Shown here piece after piece: positions 63,886 to 64,000 of a stretch of 64,000 nucleotides of DNA. A program made the position numbers and the translations under genes. This stretch comes from Myxococcales bacterium. Its GTDB lineage: Bacteria; Myxococcota_A; Bradymonadia; UBA7976; UBA1532. Below the pieces are notes generated by a model, which saw only the letters and a list, made by a program, of their open reading frames with translations, did no database searches and was not told where the DNA came from. Location: NCBI GenBank assembly GCA_002731825.1, contig PCCS01000001.1, positions 202,962 to 266,961 of the forward strand, given 5' to 3'. Within the stretch, counting starts at the first letter, position 1. Every line of letters begins with the position of its first letter.

Positions 63886-64000
63886 TTACCCGGCCGTCGC
63901 AGCGGCGACTTCTGCGGCAAAGTCTGTTTCTTCTTTCTCGATGCCTTCACCTAATTCGAATCGAACAAAGCGGCGAATCTTGATGTTTTCTTTCACGACA
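63886..64000 (-). CDS. tsf: elongation factor Ts, C-terminal end (5' part outside window)
   Basis: My reverse translation gives ...[37 protein letters not shown], the typical EF-Ts C-terminus. It also fits the conserved tsf-pyrH-frr order. Confidence 0.85.
   Translation of the reverse strand, partial: VVKENIKIRRFVRFELGEGIEKEETDFAAEVAAATAG

Noticed and set aside
1-64000. Search by eye for tRNA/rRNA genes, CRISPR arrays, IS elements, integrases, toxin-antitoxin or known defence-system genes, and long DNA repeats.
   Set aside because: None were found. The only simple repeat is (AG)6 at 47489-47500, and the only extended repetition is the diverged intragenic tri-haem module array. A tRNAscan/Infernal/ISfinder/DefenseFinder run would be needed to be certain.

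Overview
64-kb chromosomal stretch of moderate GC (roughly 50-55% by eye). It is densely packed with about 52 CDS, and many junctions are 1- or 4-nt start/stop overlaps (ATGA, TGATG, TAATG). Reading both strands, I found no rRNA, tRNA, CRISPR array, transposase, integrase or prophage genes. Gene content suggests a Myxococcota/Bdellovibrionota-type ('deltaproteobacterial') organism; this is inference only. That content includes an AgmX/PglI-tail TonB-like protein, many TPR proteins, a short Wza, a Cys-rich repeat lipoprotein, an orphan ParA and cNMP-domain fusions. Blocks: (1) 1-7.5 kb, an Agl/Glt-like cluster of TPR proteins, ExbB, two ExbD and an AgmX/PglI-tail protein. (2) 7.6-28.6 kb, a large polysaccharide locus in two convergent transcription blocks. 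It holds an OM beta-barrel plus short Wza, a Wzc-type tyrosine kinase, a WbpP/TviC-like epimerase, a UDP-HexNAc dehydrogenase, two GT4 enzymes, an AsnB-type amidotransferase, a phosphoglycosyl-transferase fused to a Wzy_C domain, a Wzy_C-TPR protein and an embedded TonB-dependent receptor; no flippase is visible. (3) 28.7-41.9 kb, mixed genes: SDR, NrtR-like regulator, a 1247-aa bitopic TPR protein, pepA, an NFACT/RqcH-like protein and a REC-GAF-HD-GYP protein. (4) 42-48 kb, gyrA-hemL-atpZ-atpI-atpB-atpE followed by a clean terminator; the c subunit carries a Na+-type Q/E-S/Y signature. (5) 48-54.6 kb, a histidine kinase, an orphan prepilin peptidase translationally coupled to a GT-C (GT39-like) glycosyltransferase, and a 498-aa lipoprotein with about 71 cysteines. 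(6) 54.8-62.4 kb is the most interesting part. An HTH-REC regulator and an orphan ParA are followed by a three-gene module that reads as a complete trans-envelope electron conduit. The module consists of a cytoplasmic cNMP-binding/16-Cys ferredoxin/di-haem-b-type membrane fusion, a 30-haem periplasmic cytochrome c built of ten tri-haem units, and an ATGA-coupled outer-membrane beta-barrel. (7) 62.5-64 kb, frr-pyrH-tsf. All functional calls rest on motif-level reading of the translations; no database search was possible.
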